A stretch of DNA of 64,000 nt from Octopus sinensis (lineage: Eukaryota): the NCBI RefSeq assembly GCF_006345805.1, contig NC_043011.1, positions 40,498,464-40,562,463 on the forward strand, written 5' to 3'. Below, piece by piece: positions 26,590 to 40,379 of the stretch (position 1 is the first letter of the stretch; each line of letters begins with the position of its first letter). A model generated the notes under the pieces. The model was not told the origin of the DNA and ran no database searches. It was given only the letters and a program-made list of their open reading frames with translations. A program made the position numbers and the translations under genes.

Positions 26590-26771
26590 ATGTATATATA
26601 CAGACGTCTATATATACATACCCATAAACATAAATTTTTATAAATTTATTATTGGGTCTGAATCAAAATAATTGTAGGATTATAATATTTATACTATATT
26701 ATATTACGATAATGATATATTATGTTAATAACTTAAAATATGTCAATCGTAAATCTTCCATTTTCTTTTCA

Positions 26772-26822
<51 letters not shown>

Positions 26823-26916
26823 TGCTTATTTTGTATTTTTTGTGCTCCGCTTGTATTTTCCTTATAGTCACTTTAGATACCGTGGACAGAAATCCGTCAT
26901 ATGTGTATGTGTGAGT

Positions 26917-26963
<47 letters not shown>

Positions 26964-27344
26964 TGTGTGCGGGCGTGTGTATATGTGTGTATATTTGTTT
27001 ATTCCACTAATATCGATTGAAAACCGGTGTTGGTGTGTTCACGTTCCCCTAACTTAGCTGTTCGGCAAAAGATCTTGATAGAATACGTACCAGGTTTTAG
27101 GGAAAAAATCAATGAAAAAGCACCAGTTTCGTTCGAGTAAAATTCTTCATTGCATTCCAGATGGCACTGTAATTGTGTAAATACTCTTTCGTTCGGGCCT
27201 GTTGTGTAGTATGGAGGAAAGGTGGAACCGATGATGTGTGAACGCGCGTGAGTGTGTGCATGTGTGTGGCTATGTAGACTGTGGCGATAAACAATGCTTC
27301 TATTCGGCAGTTAACACTTTTTATGATAGTTTGTTTGATAATGA

Positions 27345-27620
27345 ATGTCAACGATGTTAAGAGCGATAGCGATGATGGCTATTTTGATAATGATGATGAT
27401 GGTGGTGATGGTAGTGGTGGTAGTGGTAGTGGTGATGGTGGTAGGTGTGTCTAATCAGGATAATGATGATTGCTATCATGGTGATGATGACGAGTGTGGT
27501 GACGACGACGACGACGACGATGACGATGATGATGGCAACGATGATGGTAATGACGATCATCATAATAACGGTAATCCTCTTTTTGCTACTGCTGCTACTG
27601 CTGATGATGATGGGGATTGG
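27345..27620. repeat. Low-complexity (GAT/GGT/GAC)n tract
   Basis: Direct reading. Confidence 0.85.
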
Positions 27621-27632
27621 TTGAAAATGACG

Positions 27633-27870
27633 ACAGGAGTGGCTGTGTGGTAAGTAGCTTGCTTACCAACCACATGGTTCCGGGTTCAGTCCCACTGCGT
27701 GGCACCTTGGGCAAGTGTCTTCTACTATAGCCTCGGGACGACCAAAGCCTTGTGAGTGGATTTGGTAGACAGAAACTGAAAGAGGCCCGTCGTGTATATG
27801 TATATATATGCGTGTGTGTTTGTGTGTCTGTGTTTGTCCCCCTAGCATTTCTTGACAACCGATGCTGGTG

Positions 27871-27907
<37 letters not shown>

Positions 27908-28150
27908 CTGAAAGAAGCCCTTCGTATATATGTATATATGTATGTGTATGTTTGTGTGTTGTGTTTGTCCCCCCAACATCGCTTGACAACCGATGCTGGT
28001 GTGTTTACGTCCCCGAATCTTAGCGGTTCGGCAAAAGAGACCGATAGAATAAGTACCAGGCTTACAAAGAATAAGTCCTGGGGTCGATTTCCTCGACTAA
28101 AGGCGGTGCTCCAGCATGACCACAGTCAGATGACTGAAACAAGTAAATGA
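27633..28150 (+). mobile_element. SINE family B with an internal partial duplication
   Basis: Consensus runs to 27870, then (TA)n, then restarts at actgaaagaagccc (27907) and completes. Confidence 0.9.
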
Positions 28151-28184
28151 GTAAATGATATATATATATATATATAAAGAAAGG

Positions 28185-28526
28185 GTAAAGACCCCCTTCG
28201 GTCATGAGTGACCATGGGTTTGCACCTAGAGAGTTACCCTCTGAGGCACAAGTCTGGGCAAGGTTGTTTTTATGGAAGACCAGCAGTCGCCCATGCATAC
28301 CAGCCTCCCCTCTCCACGCCACCAGTGTTATCCAAGGGAAAGACAAAGGTCGATACAGCTTGGTACCAGTGACGTCGCAACTCATTTCTACAGCTGAGTG
28401 AACTGGAGCAACGTGAAATAAAGTGCTTTGCTCAAGAACACAACACGCAGCCCGGTCCGGGATTCGAACTCACAACCTCACGATCGTAAGCTCGACGCTC
28501 TAACCACTGAGCCATGCGCCTCCACA
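28185..28526 (-). mobile_element. tRNA-derived SINE (V/CORE-like, family C-related head)
   Basis: Head gtggaggcgcatggctcagtggttagagcg...gagttcgaatccc; core gtgttcttgagcaaagcacttta. Confidence 0.85.
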
Positions 28527-29064
28527 TGATGATATATATATATATATGAATATGTATATATATATATATAAATATGTATATATATTGTATTATATATATA
28601 TATGTATATATTATATATAATGTATATATATATATATATATATATATTGTATAAAGGATCGTTGTAAGGCCAAAACAAGGCAAAATAAATGCAAGGGAAA
28701 TCACGAGAAAACATATATGTGAATTAATATAGACTTACCTTGTATTCAGTATTTCGGGATGATGACACCATTTTCAAGAAATAGACGAATGTTGCCGATG
28801 TGCGTGTGTGTAAGCGTGTGTGGAGTGGACATGCGCGTTAAGGTGCTACTATAGCAACCAGCTAGCTTCCTGTAACTCTCTTCTGTTGTTGATCTTGGGT
28901 TTCTTTTGGTGTATGCGGATCGCCTCAGAAATTCTAAGATGGCTCCTGTTCCGCTGTTTTGCCTTGATGTGCACTGTGAATACCTGGGTTTGGAATTTCT
29001 GTAGGTGTTTTTTTCACGGAAGTGTCTGCCTGTATGTGTTCCTTAATGCATATATGCATATATA

Positions 29065-29275
29065 AAGGCGGCGATCTGGCAGAAACGTTAGCACGCCGGG
29101 CGAAATGCGTAGCCGTTCCGAGTTCAAATTCCGCCGAGGTCGACTTTGCCTTTCATCCTTTCGGGGTCGATAAATTAAGTACCAATTACGCACTGGGGTC
29201 GATGTAATCGACTTAATCCGTTTGTCTGTCCTTGTTCGTCCCCTCTATGTTTAGCCCCTTGTGGGTAATAAAGAA
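29065..29275 (+). mobile_element. SINE family A
   Basis: aaggcggcgatctggcagaaacgttagcacg...gagttcaaattccgccgaggtcgactttgcc. Confidence 0.9.
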
Positions 29276-30667
29276 ACATATATATGCAGTTCCCTTGTGC
29301 TTCCTATGTAGATCACAGAGGAAAGCTCCATATTTACCAAATTCTACAGAAAAGTTGCCGCTAAAAGAAAACTCTTCGTCCACTACCAATCAGCCTTGCC
29401 CACCAATGCCAAAGCGGCATACGTGAGAAACGAGATTACACGTATAAACAACAATTGCAGCAACGTGACCAACAAAGCCGTCAATACCAAACAGTTCCTC
29501 AAAGATCTAACCCTGAAATAATGAATACAAGGTAAGTCTACATTAATTCACGTATTTATTTTCTTGTGATTTCCCTTACTTCGCATTGTTCTGGCCTTAC
29601 CCACGGTCCTTTATACAATATATTCTACACAATGCTTCATAGTAATTATTCCATTATATATATATACTCTGTGTGTTGTGTGTGTTTGTGCTTACTTTTG
29701 CCACCACCCCACCACTTGATAATTTCTTGCTCACACATTATCGATGTACAACTGGTTCAACGGTGGGAGGGTTGAGATATTGTCCACATTTCATTGCGAC
29801 TACAGTGGCTCCAACAGCAACTAACAAAATAAGGGTACTCACTACCAATTCATACTCGCTTGCAAGTGACGGCTATGCTCTGTTACTAGTATGTTCTTTA
29901 AATATGGCTGCGTAATTAAGGAGTTTGCTTTACAGCTATATGATTCTGGGTTTAGATCCCACTGCGCCTCTATTCTTTACTATCATAAATTGATCAATAA
30001 TTTGCATAGAATTTGAAAGACGATTATCGAATTGTTTTAGCTTGACTGTATGGGTAATAAAATTCAGACTCTACAAAACCTAGAACGTGTATTTTCTATC
30101 TTTGAGTGGAATTTGAAAGACATAAATCAATTTTCTTAGGCATGGCTGTGTGCTTAATAAGTTCACTTTACTGCCATATGACTTCGTATATATACACACC
30201 TGCACAAACCATGGACACATGTCTTCTACGCCAGCTTCAAACCTGTCTTGTCATTGATATTTATTATGAGGAAATCTATTTATCAGTCTGGTTGCGTGGT
30301 TAATAAAATTTAGACTACAAAAACTAGAACATGTATTTTATATCTATAAGTGGAATTTTAGACACATAAATCTTATTTTCTTAGGCATGGCTGTGTACTT
30401 AATAAGTTCACTTTACTGCACATGGACACAGCTGCACGAAACTTGGACATTTATCTTCTACGCTCGCCTTCAATTAATCTGTCTTGTTATTGATATTGAG
30501 GAAACCTATTTTTTAGCTTGGTTGTATGGTTTAGACATTTCTTTTGCCAATCATGTACGTTTAAGAAACACGTAACCTCATAGTTCAAAGTTCAGATCCC
30601 AGTGTGCACACATTTGGCAAATGATTTCAAACATGCCAGAAGAGTGGAACTTACTATATAGAAAAAT

Positions 30668-31190
30668 AAGGCGAGATGGCAGAATCTGTAACACACCGCA
30701 CGAAATATTTAGCGGTATTTCGTCTGTCTTTACATTTTGAGTTCAAATTCCGCCGATGTCGACTTTGCCTTTTATTCTTTGGGGTCGAGGAAATAAGTAC
30801 CAGTTAAGCACTGGGGTCGATGTAATCGACTATCCATTTCTCCCCAAATTTCAGACTTTGTGTGTAAAGGATTATTATTATAAAAGCGTCGAGCTGGCAG
30901 AGTCGTTAGCACGCCGGGTGAAATACATAACGGTATTTCGTCTATCTGAACGAAAGTCGACTTTGCCTTTCAGCCTTTCGGGGTCGATTAGATAAGTACT
31001 AGTTACGCACTGGGGTCGATATTATCGACTTAATCCGTTTGTCTGTCCTTGTTTGTCCTCTCTGTGTTTAGCCCCTTGTGGGTAGTAAAGAAATAGGTAT
31101 TTCGTCTGCCGTTACGTTCTGAGTTCAAATTCCGCTGAGGTCGACTTTGCCTTTCATTCTTTCGGGGTCGATAAATTAAGTACCTGTGAA
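30668..31190 (+). mobile_element. Cluster of three nested or tandem SINE family A copies
   Basis: Core gtcgactttgcctt at ~30758, 30956 and 31140. Confidence 0.85.
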
Positions 31191-31599
31191 GTAAGTATCC
31201 TGCTTCAAAAGCCGCTGGCCCTGAGTTAAAATTTGAAAATATATTACATAGAAAAAAAACATTTTCTTTACTATGATAAAGTAATCAATAAGTACGCATT
31301 GCGAGTACATGATTTCAAGTACAGATATTATAGTGAGAAACCTGGGCAGGTGTCTTTTATTATGGCGTCGAGTTCCCCTATGCCTTGTGAATGGAATTTG
31401 GTAGCCGGAAATCTATTTCAGTTAGCATGTTAGCGTGATTAAAACGGCTTTGCAAGAGTAGGTTTCCGCTTTCAGATCTTACTGCACAGACTTTAAGCAG
31501 GTATCTTTTACACTAGTTTTGACTTGCGCATTGCGTTATGATTGAAATTCGATAAAAAACATCTCTGTATATATCTATTTAATGCTCTATACCTCCACG

Positions 31600-31743
31600 A
31601 ATATGTAGGTATGTGTATATATATATACGTTTATATATGTACATATATTTGTACGTTTTATTCATGTATACACACACACACACACACACACACCACACAC
31701 ACACATATATATATATAATCACACATCTATATATATGTATATA

Positions 31744-31775
<32 letters not shown>

Positions 31776-32471
31776 CATATATATAAATATATATATATCT
31801 GTATCTATATATGTAAGTATACATGTAATTTCATATATATGTGTATGTATATATATATATATATATATACATATATATATGTATGTGTGTATATATATAT
31901 ACATATATATGTACATAAATGTAAATATACATATAAGTTGATATATATGCTTATATACACAAACACACGTAACTATACTCATATGTGTATGCGTGAATGT
32001 ATGTATGCACACAAACATATAAATACACACTCTTACCTTTATTTAACATACATTTATCCTATCTAAACATGACAAAATGCTTTTCTCAATTTCCTCGTCA
32101 CTGTTTATATCTTCTGATAATGTCTAGAATCCAAAGTACGGTGTAAAATACAGAGAAAAAAAAAGCATTATGTATTCTATTTGATATTCCGTATAACTTT
32201 GAATGTAGTAGGAAGTGATGTCTCATAAAATTTATTCTCTTCTTAACAATGTTTCGATTCTCAGCCAATACAATTTCACTTCACCAACATCAATATTCTC
32301 CCTTTGGAAATGAGCTGATGACAAACTTTTCAAATTTCTTTTTTTTTTAAAGAAAAAAAGATAAAACATTTTCATCCCTCCTTCCTTACCCACTTTCACC
32401 CCCTCTCTCTCTACAACCCCCCCACACAAATATATATATATATATGTACACATACATATATACATTTATAT

Positions 32472-32553
<82 letters not shown>

Positions 32554-32658
32554 CATAGCCACTGATACACACGCACGCAGTCATGCACGCATATTATATA
32601 TATATGTATATAATATATATATATATGTATATACATATGCATATATATATATATGCAT

Positions 32659-32713
<55 letters not shown>

Positions 32714-32888
32714 ATATATACACATATACATACATACATACCTACATATATGTATTGAGTTAGACATGGCCTGGGCCAATATTGACCGAAAGCCATCAAA
32801 CACACAGATCATATATACAGCAATTTTCTATCTGTCTATCTCTCTTCCCACACATATTATGCAAAGTTACGCACACATATACACATTT

Positions 32889-32966
<78 letters not shown>

Positions 32967-33130
32967 ACGTATATATATACATATATATATGTATATAATA
33001 TATATATATATATACAAATATATATGTATATATATATATATATACATACATGCATGTATAAATGTACATACATACATATACGTGTACGAGTATATGTATG
33101 TAAATGCGTATATATACACACACACACATA
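31600..33130. repeat. Compound (TA)n/(CA)n/(TATG)n microsatellite field
   Basis: Direct reading. Confidence 0.9.
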
Positions 33131-33742
33131 TTCGTTTTCACTATTATATGGAGCAGATTATGCGCTGTGGGTCTAAGTAGTTATGGAGGATAAAGATATC
33201 AAAAATTTCTCATAAACAAACCCATAACTCAACAAACAAATGAATAATGTGCGTGTATGTGTGACAAGAATGATATTGTCAGACAATCTATATTTGGATC
33301 TCTATAAATCCGTATATATATGTATGTGTATATGTATGTATGTATGTTATGTATGTATTACGGGTCGGGGCAGTTAGATGGAATATTAAGTCGTAAAACT
33401 ACTTATATGTAAACGATCAAGCATCAGAATGAAAGGCGACTTAAGGATAAATGATGCTTACAAATTCAGTATATAGTTTCATTCTATGCCGTGAGCACAT
33501 TCTACTGAATAGACAGATTGTCTTATGGTATCGTTGGCAATGACAGTTGGAAACGTCGGAAGAATATGTGTTTTGATTTTTTTTTCCTTTCGGGGATATT
33601 TAACAACCCAACGCAGACATATATACAGGGATATTTAGAAATCCCTCAAGTATTTAAATAGTTTAAAATTAGTGTTTATTTTACATTTCGTTACCGCAAT
33701 GTTTTCATTTATTTTAATGAATCTCTTCGATATTTTTAAATG

Positions 33743-33786
<44 letters not shown>

Positions 33787-33803
33787 TATATGTGTCCCCT
33801 GTA

Positions 33804-33840
<37 letters not shown>

Positions 33841-33865
33841 TACACATTATATGTGTCCCCTGTAG

Positions 33866-33897
<32 letters not shown>

Positions 33898-34182
33898 AAT
33901 TAAAAAGGTATATTTTTCAACGCGTAAATACTGAAAGAACAGTGTATATATGGGATAATATCCCTTACAGAGAAGAAAAATCTGGTTGCTGGCAGATTTT
34001 TCTGCTCTGAAAATATATTGTTGAAAAATATATCTTTCTACTTCTACTACAATACATTTCAGCGTTTCAAAAGCAAACTGGCTACATATGTGGTAATTTA
34101 TATATATATATATAACAACAAAAACAACAACAACAACAACAATAATAATAATAATTATTATTATTATTATTGTTATTATATA

Positions 34183-34410
34183 TAGGCGTAGGAGTGGGTG
34201 TGTGTTACGTAGCTTGCTTACGAGCCACATGGTTTTGGGTTCAGTCCCACAGCGTGGCACCTTGGGCAAGTGTCTTCTACTACACTTGTGAGTGGATTTG
34301 GTAGACGGAAGCTGAAAAAAGCCAGTCGTATATATGTATATATATATATATGTGTGTGTGTAATATGTTTCTGTATCTGTGTTTGTCCCCCCCAACAACG
34401 CTTGACAACG
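34183..34410 (+). mobile_element. SINE family B, 5' part
   Basis: taggcgtaggagtgggtgtgtgttacgtagc...ggcaccttgggcaagtgtcttc. Confidence 0.85.
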
Positions 34411-34491
34411 CTTGAGAAGGGAAGACAGAGGAAAAAAAATTGCTGGCGGTGCTCACGAGGTCACACACACACACACACACATATATATATA

Positions 34492-34718
34492 CAGGGTTGG
34501 CCACAAGTCACCTGTCAGTAAATCAAGATTTTATAAATACTATCTGTAATTCTATATTGACTCAAATGCAAAACTGTGTCTCCCATGAAGGACTTCAGTC
34601 TGAGCAATTTTCATTGTTTTATATTTAGATGCTTTTATCAAATTCATTGTTAAAAATAAATAAATCTTGGAATTAAATGCCTTTGATTTAATGTCAGGTG
34701 ACTTTTCGCCAACACTCT
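34492..34718. mobile_element. Tc1/mariner-type MITE
   Basis: TIR cagggttggccacaagtcacctgtcagtaaatcaa versus right-end reverse complement gagtgttggcgaaaagtcacctgacattaaatcaa; preceded by TA. Confidence 0.75.
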
Positions 34719-34727
34719 TCATACATA

Positions 34728-34768
<41 letters not shown>

Positions 34769-35019
34769 TATATATATTATATGGTGATGCTGGTTTTTGT
34801 GTTTTAATTTCAAATCTCGCAGGTGGCCCGACAATCGCCCTACTACGATGTTATCACTAATCGTGAAACCTGTAACGAGTGGTGGAAGAGTAAGGCCACC
34901 TACAACTGCAATAGAATTATGACATCTACTCACCTACCTGTATATGATTGTTCTATTTAATAGATACCCGAGGAGGCGGTGGCATGTCATGGATAATCCA
35001 GACCAACAGGCATCTGGTT

Positions 35020-35051
<32 letters not shown>

Positions 35052-35217
35052 TGTATGTATGTATGTATGTATGTATGTATGTATGTATGTATGTATGTAT
35101 GCATCTATCTTTCTATCTACACATGCATACATATATTTATACACCTCGGTCCAGTGACCTGTGTTTTGTGTGTATGCGTGTATAGTTTACTCATTATTAT
35201 CAATATTATTATTATTA

Positions 35218-35525
35218 TGGAGGCGTAATGGCCCAGTGGTTAGGGCAGCGGACTCGCGGTCGGAGGATCGCAGTTTCGATTCCCAGACCGGGCGTTGTGT
35301 GTGTTTATTGAGCGAAAATACATAAAGCACCACGATCTCCGGCTGGGTGTAGTGGCGACCTCGATTTTACTCTTTCGCCCCAACTTTCTCTCATTCTTTC
35401 TTCCTGTTTCTTGGGTAACGCTGCGATGGACAGGCATCCCGTCCAGCATGGGGGAACACATACGCCACAGTAACCGGGAAACCAGGCCCATGAGCCTGGC
35501 TAGGCTAGAAAAGGGCCCATAAATA
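35218..35525 (+). mobile_element. tRNA-derived SINE family C
   Basis: ggaggcgtaatggcccagtggttagggcagcggactcgcgg...gtttcgattccc; 3' part homologous to 13767-14072. Confidence 0.85.
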
Positions 35526-35531
35526 AAATAA

Positions 35532-35564
<33 letters not shown>

Positions 35565-35580
35565 GTTATTATTATTATTA

Positions 35581-35630
<50 letters not shown>

Positions 35631-35697
35631 GTTATTATTATTATTATCATTATTATTATTATTATTATTATTTTATTATTATTATTATTTTATTATT

Positions 35698-36216
35698 GAG
35701 TGAGAGAGCAGTGCATGCTATCAAAGTGACACGGGTAAAATATACGAAGCCCAGTATACCCATCATGACTACCCGTCTGATAAGGTACACATGTGCGCGA
35801 CATGGTGACGTCATATCAAGATAAGCAGCACATGACCTTGCAGGTGGGGCACAATTAGAATTTTTTTCTGGTCGAGTAACCGATCCCGCTCAGAAAGGGT
35901 TGTTTAAGGATGTTGAACGAAACACCAGTGTTTCCAGAGGTGAATTATTCAAACCCCAAAGAATCCCTCTCAACACATGGCTATGATGCTGGCCAACTAC
36001 TTCTACTCGTTATCAGAGATGCACATATCGTCAGCCACTAAGGAACATGCTCAACTGGTTAAGGTCAAACAACTGACAAGCAAGTCTGTGGTATTGAGCC
36101 GAATATTTGCAGTAGCCCATCTTTTATACCAAGACAAAACAATGTACATGATAACGTTTCCAATCAGTTAAAATCAGAAGCCATGAGAGCCACTGTCTGG
36201 TACTGCATCAGGGCAT
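35698..36216. mobile_element. ~520 bp non-coding element inserted in (TAA)n
   Basis: Complex, non-microsatellite sequence bounded on both sides by (ATT)n; no recognisable ORF, TIR or tRNA head. Confidence 0.55.
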
Positions 36217-36259
36217 TTTTTATTATTGTTGTTATTGCTATTATTATTATTATTATTAT

Positions 36260-37219
36260 TTTTTTTTTTTCAAATACACACAACAGATTAGTCTGTGCAA
36301 AAGAAACAATCCTAACATCGGGCCACAAGAAGTAACCTTAGATGCGAAGAACCCCCTTAAGTATCTTACCTGTCCCTAGTAACGCCGTTTTCTGAATTGT
36401 AATAAACTGGGTTTTATACCTATTTCCTCTATCCAACTTTCGGATCTTTAGGGATAGCTCCCAATGCACATATACCTACTGGGATACATTTTACCAGCAC
36501 TTTCCATAGTCTCTGTAATTCAATAGCTAGATCCTGGTACTATTTTTCTATACATCTCATATTGATTTTTTCATCATGTGAGACTGTAAAGTCAATTATC
36601 TGGCACTTTCTATTCTCTTTACTACTAGTCAATCCAGAATTCTAGCTTCTATTACTCTGTCAGTCTGAATGTTAAAGTCCCACCATATCTTGTATTTCTT
36701 ACGTTCTTATAATTTACTAGGTTCATGTTCATTCCATTCATTACTATGTTCAAATCATAACTTCCTACATAACTCACTGTAGATTACTCTTCCTAGGTTG
36801 TCATGTCTTTTCTTGTATTCTTTCTGCGTCAGCATACTTCATTCACTGTGTCAGCATACTACTATATGAGTCACACTTTCCTCATTTGATTTGCACAACC
36901 TACATTGAGAATTTACTTGGTTTTCGTCTATCTTGGCTGTTATCCATTTAGTCCTTAATGCTTGGTCTTGTGCAGCTGCTAGTAAAGTTTCTGTCTCCCT
37001 TTTCAGCTTGCCTTTCTGCAACCACAGCCATGTCCCACTACTACTGTTTACTTCCACTATTTTTGAGAATTTACCATGCAACGCCTCCTACCAGTCAAGA
37101 TAATTTATGTTCTTTTCACTGCTTTTTGGATTTTTTGTTTGGATTTTTGGTTTCCCTATGTCTTGCTGTGACTATACTAGCTTTTAAAAAAATTTTCTTC
37201 GCTATTACCTACTTAGGTG

Positions 37220-37220
<1 letters not shown>
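36260..37220 (-). mobile_element. 3' part of an R4/Dong-like LINE (CCHC knuckle plus restriction-like endonuclease)
   Basis: MHGKF..WLQKGKLKRETETLLAAAQDQALRT, CRLCKSNEESVTHIV, WDFNIQTD, QDLAIEL, QKTALLGTGKIL; stop at ~36338; A-run then (TAA)n tail; 5' truncation point in (ATT)n. Confidence 0.9.
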
Positions 37221-37311
<91 letters not shown>

Positions 37312-37327
37312 TAGTAGTAGTAGTAGT

Positions 37328-37679
<352 letters not shown>

Positions 37680-38393
37680 GTGTAAAACGGAATGTTGTGA
37701 TAGGGCAATTAAATGGAAATCACTTGTACCATAATGGTTGCTTCTTAAGAATAAATAAAAGACTTTACCTCATAAAACTCCCGACTGACATTGTTCATAT
37801 AACACGCACACAACCCTATAAAACTCTATAAACAGTCAAAGTATCATATAAACCAACGTTTGCAAACCTAGGTAATCTTTTCTTCCATTTTAAGGCTTGT
37901 TATTATAATCTCTGCTTTTTTAAATATTATTGCTTTAGTTTCATTTCAGAAGAATATTTACGACATACACATAGTCGTTACATAGTTTTGGGGTGGGATG
38001 CTAGGACAGTTCGTGTGTAAGTTTTTAAAAAGGAAACGGCATTGTTATTGTTCTTGTTTCTGCAGCAAGTTTTATAGCATTGTTACTTTAAGTTGGTTAT
38101 TGCAGTTTCTCTTTAATAAGTTTATTTATCACCAATGTCAGACGAGAAAGATGGTATGATCTTATTTATTGTCTTAGTAATTCTTTCAATATTTACGGCG
38201 GCGATTCGCTGGGACAGGATTCGCTGATGGAGGTCAGAATAAGACAGAAACATGTATGAAATTAAAATAGCCATCTATGTATCATACACAACGTAAATAC
38301 ACCGTTGGCAGGAAGATGCTGTGGTTTTGTCTGAGAGAAAATATCTTCATAAACATGTGTTAAAAGTAATATATAAATATATTTATATATATA

Positions 38394-39139
38394 TAGGGTG
38401 GGGAAGAGAGGGCGGACGTTTTTGAAATGGCTACTACTCAACCCGAGTGGGAGAGACAATACGTCCTCGCCACCATTCGGTTCGTGGTGTCTTAGCAGTT
38501 TTTTTCTTTTCAGGTGGTGAGATGGCGCTGTGGACGATAGAGCATCACGTGTTTGCTTACGACAATAACGTAAAGAATAACGTATCTTTCACAGCAGTTC
38601 GGCTTGAGTTTCGGCGCCGAATTCAGGCTACTCCCACCCGTAACACAATCTTACGTTGGGTGAACGCACTTCGTACACAAGGTACACTAATGAATAGGAG
38701 ACCAGTGGGGGAGGGTCAAAAAGGGTACGGACCCCGGAAAATAAGGAACGCGTCAGACAAGCTTTGATATAGAGACCGAATCGCTCCGCTCACGAGGCAT
38801 TCTACAGAACTTGGCATCGTTAATCGATCGGTAAGGCGTATTTTGCAAGAAGAACTGCATTTCCACCCGTACAAATTGGTCATCGGGCAACAGTTGAAAC
38901 CATAGATTATGCATTGAACAGTGCTGGACAGAGTGGGGGTCAACTTCCAAGAACGCTTCTAGAAATGCATCAATGAAAACGGACACCACAAGATGGATAT
39001 CGTTATCCACACTTAATTTCGACAAATGCTAATTCAATACGAACACACTGATGTCAATAAAAGTTGTTTGCATCTAAAATTAGAATTAATAATTTTTTAT
39101 GAATTTTCCCAAAACGTCCGTCCTCTCTGCCCCACCCTG
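38394..39139 (+). mobile_element. Internally deleted Tc1/mariner-superfamily transposon (rosa/maT-like N-terminus)
   Basis: TIRs (c/t)agggtggggaagagagggcggacgtttt / aaaacgtccgtcctctctgccccaccctg in TA context; N-terminus MALWTIEHHVF..FRRR..PTRNTILRWV..G and LHFHPYKL; jumps to C-terminus KCINENGHH. Confidence 0.85.
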
Positions 39140-40224
39140 TATATATATATATATATATATATAGTAGACATAGACACCCTTTTGCTTCTCTCGGTCATGA
39201 CCCAACAGAAAATCCAGGATGTGATAAATGGGGGGAGAGAAAGAAATAGATTCAGCTACACCAGCATCCGGTTTATATTCATTACAACTGTGTAGATTGG
39301 GATAGAAACAGCATTAAACATATTTTTTCTCTTACATATTTTATAGTACTTGTGCTTTTGGGGGAAGTGCTTCTGTGGCAATGTTTTATTCGAACAGGGA
39401 GATTAAAAAATAAACAGGTATACTTTTACATTTTGCGTCTATGACTCTTTGTGGTACATGTAACTTTACTTGAGATAGTTGCTCAACGAGAAAATGTGCT
39501 ACCCGTGCTATGAATTGAACCTATGACATTAGGATCACGAACTTAATACAGTAACTATTAGGCCATGCATCTTTACTCCATAATAATACCTGCAAGTTAA
39601 ATCAATAGCATTACAAGAGAAACTAATGAAAATTATCTATAATGATCATAGGTGTTTGTGAACATTAATATCTATTCCTAATATAATTATAGACATTTGC
39701 ATTATCATATATCGATTCTTAGTTACAGACATTTAGTTTACGTTCTTTAAAGCTTTTCTCTAAGTTATGAGTGTTCGACATTTACTGTAAATGACTCCAT
39801 CGCCACCTCCATCGCCTCCGTAACTTAATGCCTTGTCTCCAGGCATATGAAAACCACTATCAATCATCCAACGAAGGAATCAGTGAATCAATATAAACTT
39901 TAAATCTATCTCTTTACCCAATTAGCAACCCATGTCACTACTCCTTCTCTTTCTGTCTTTCTTTCTCAATTTCGCTCCCCTTTTCTTTCTTTGCCTCTCT
40001 CTCAAAATGTATATGTATCTATCTCTGTATACATATACATACAAACCAACAACACACACATGTTTACACACACACACATGTTTACACACACACACACACA
40101 TATATATATGTAAACGTGTTTTATATATATATATATACAGTAATCGAAGGAGTAAATATAAAACTTGCTATTGTACAAAAATATTTCTCATGTGCAAAGC
40201 GTTTAAAACGATCATTTAATGGTA

Positions 40225-40256
<32 letters not shown>

Positions 40257-40280
40257 ATATATATATATATATATTATATT

Positions 40281-40349
<69 letters not shown>

Positions 40350-40379
40350 TATATATATATCTATTATATATAATATGCA

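Noticed and set aside
27345-27653. Acidic or His-rich ORFs
   Set aside because: Trinucleotide low-complexity tract running into a SINE; no domain or splice support.
28440-28526. tRNA genes at SINE heads (also 14000-14072, 35218-35290 and family A/B heads)
   Set aside because: A and B boxes are present, but each continues into a SINE body and tail and no complete cloverleaf was evident.
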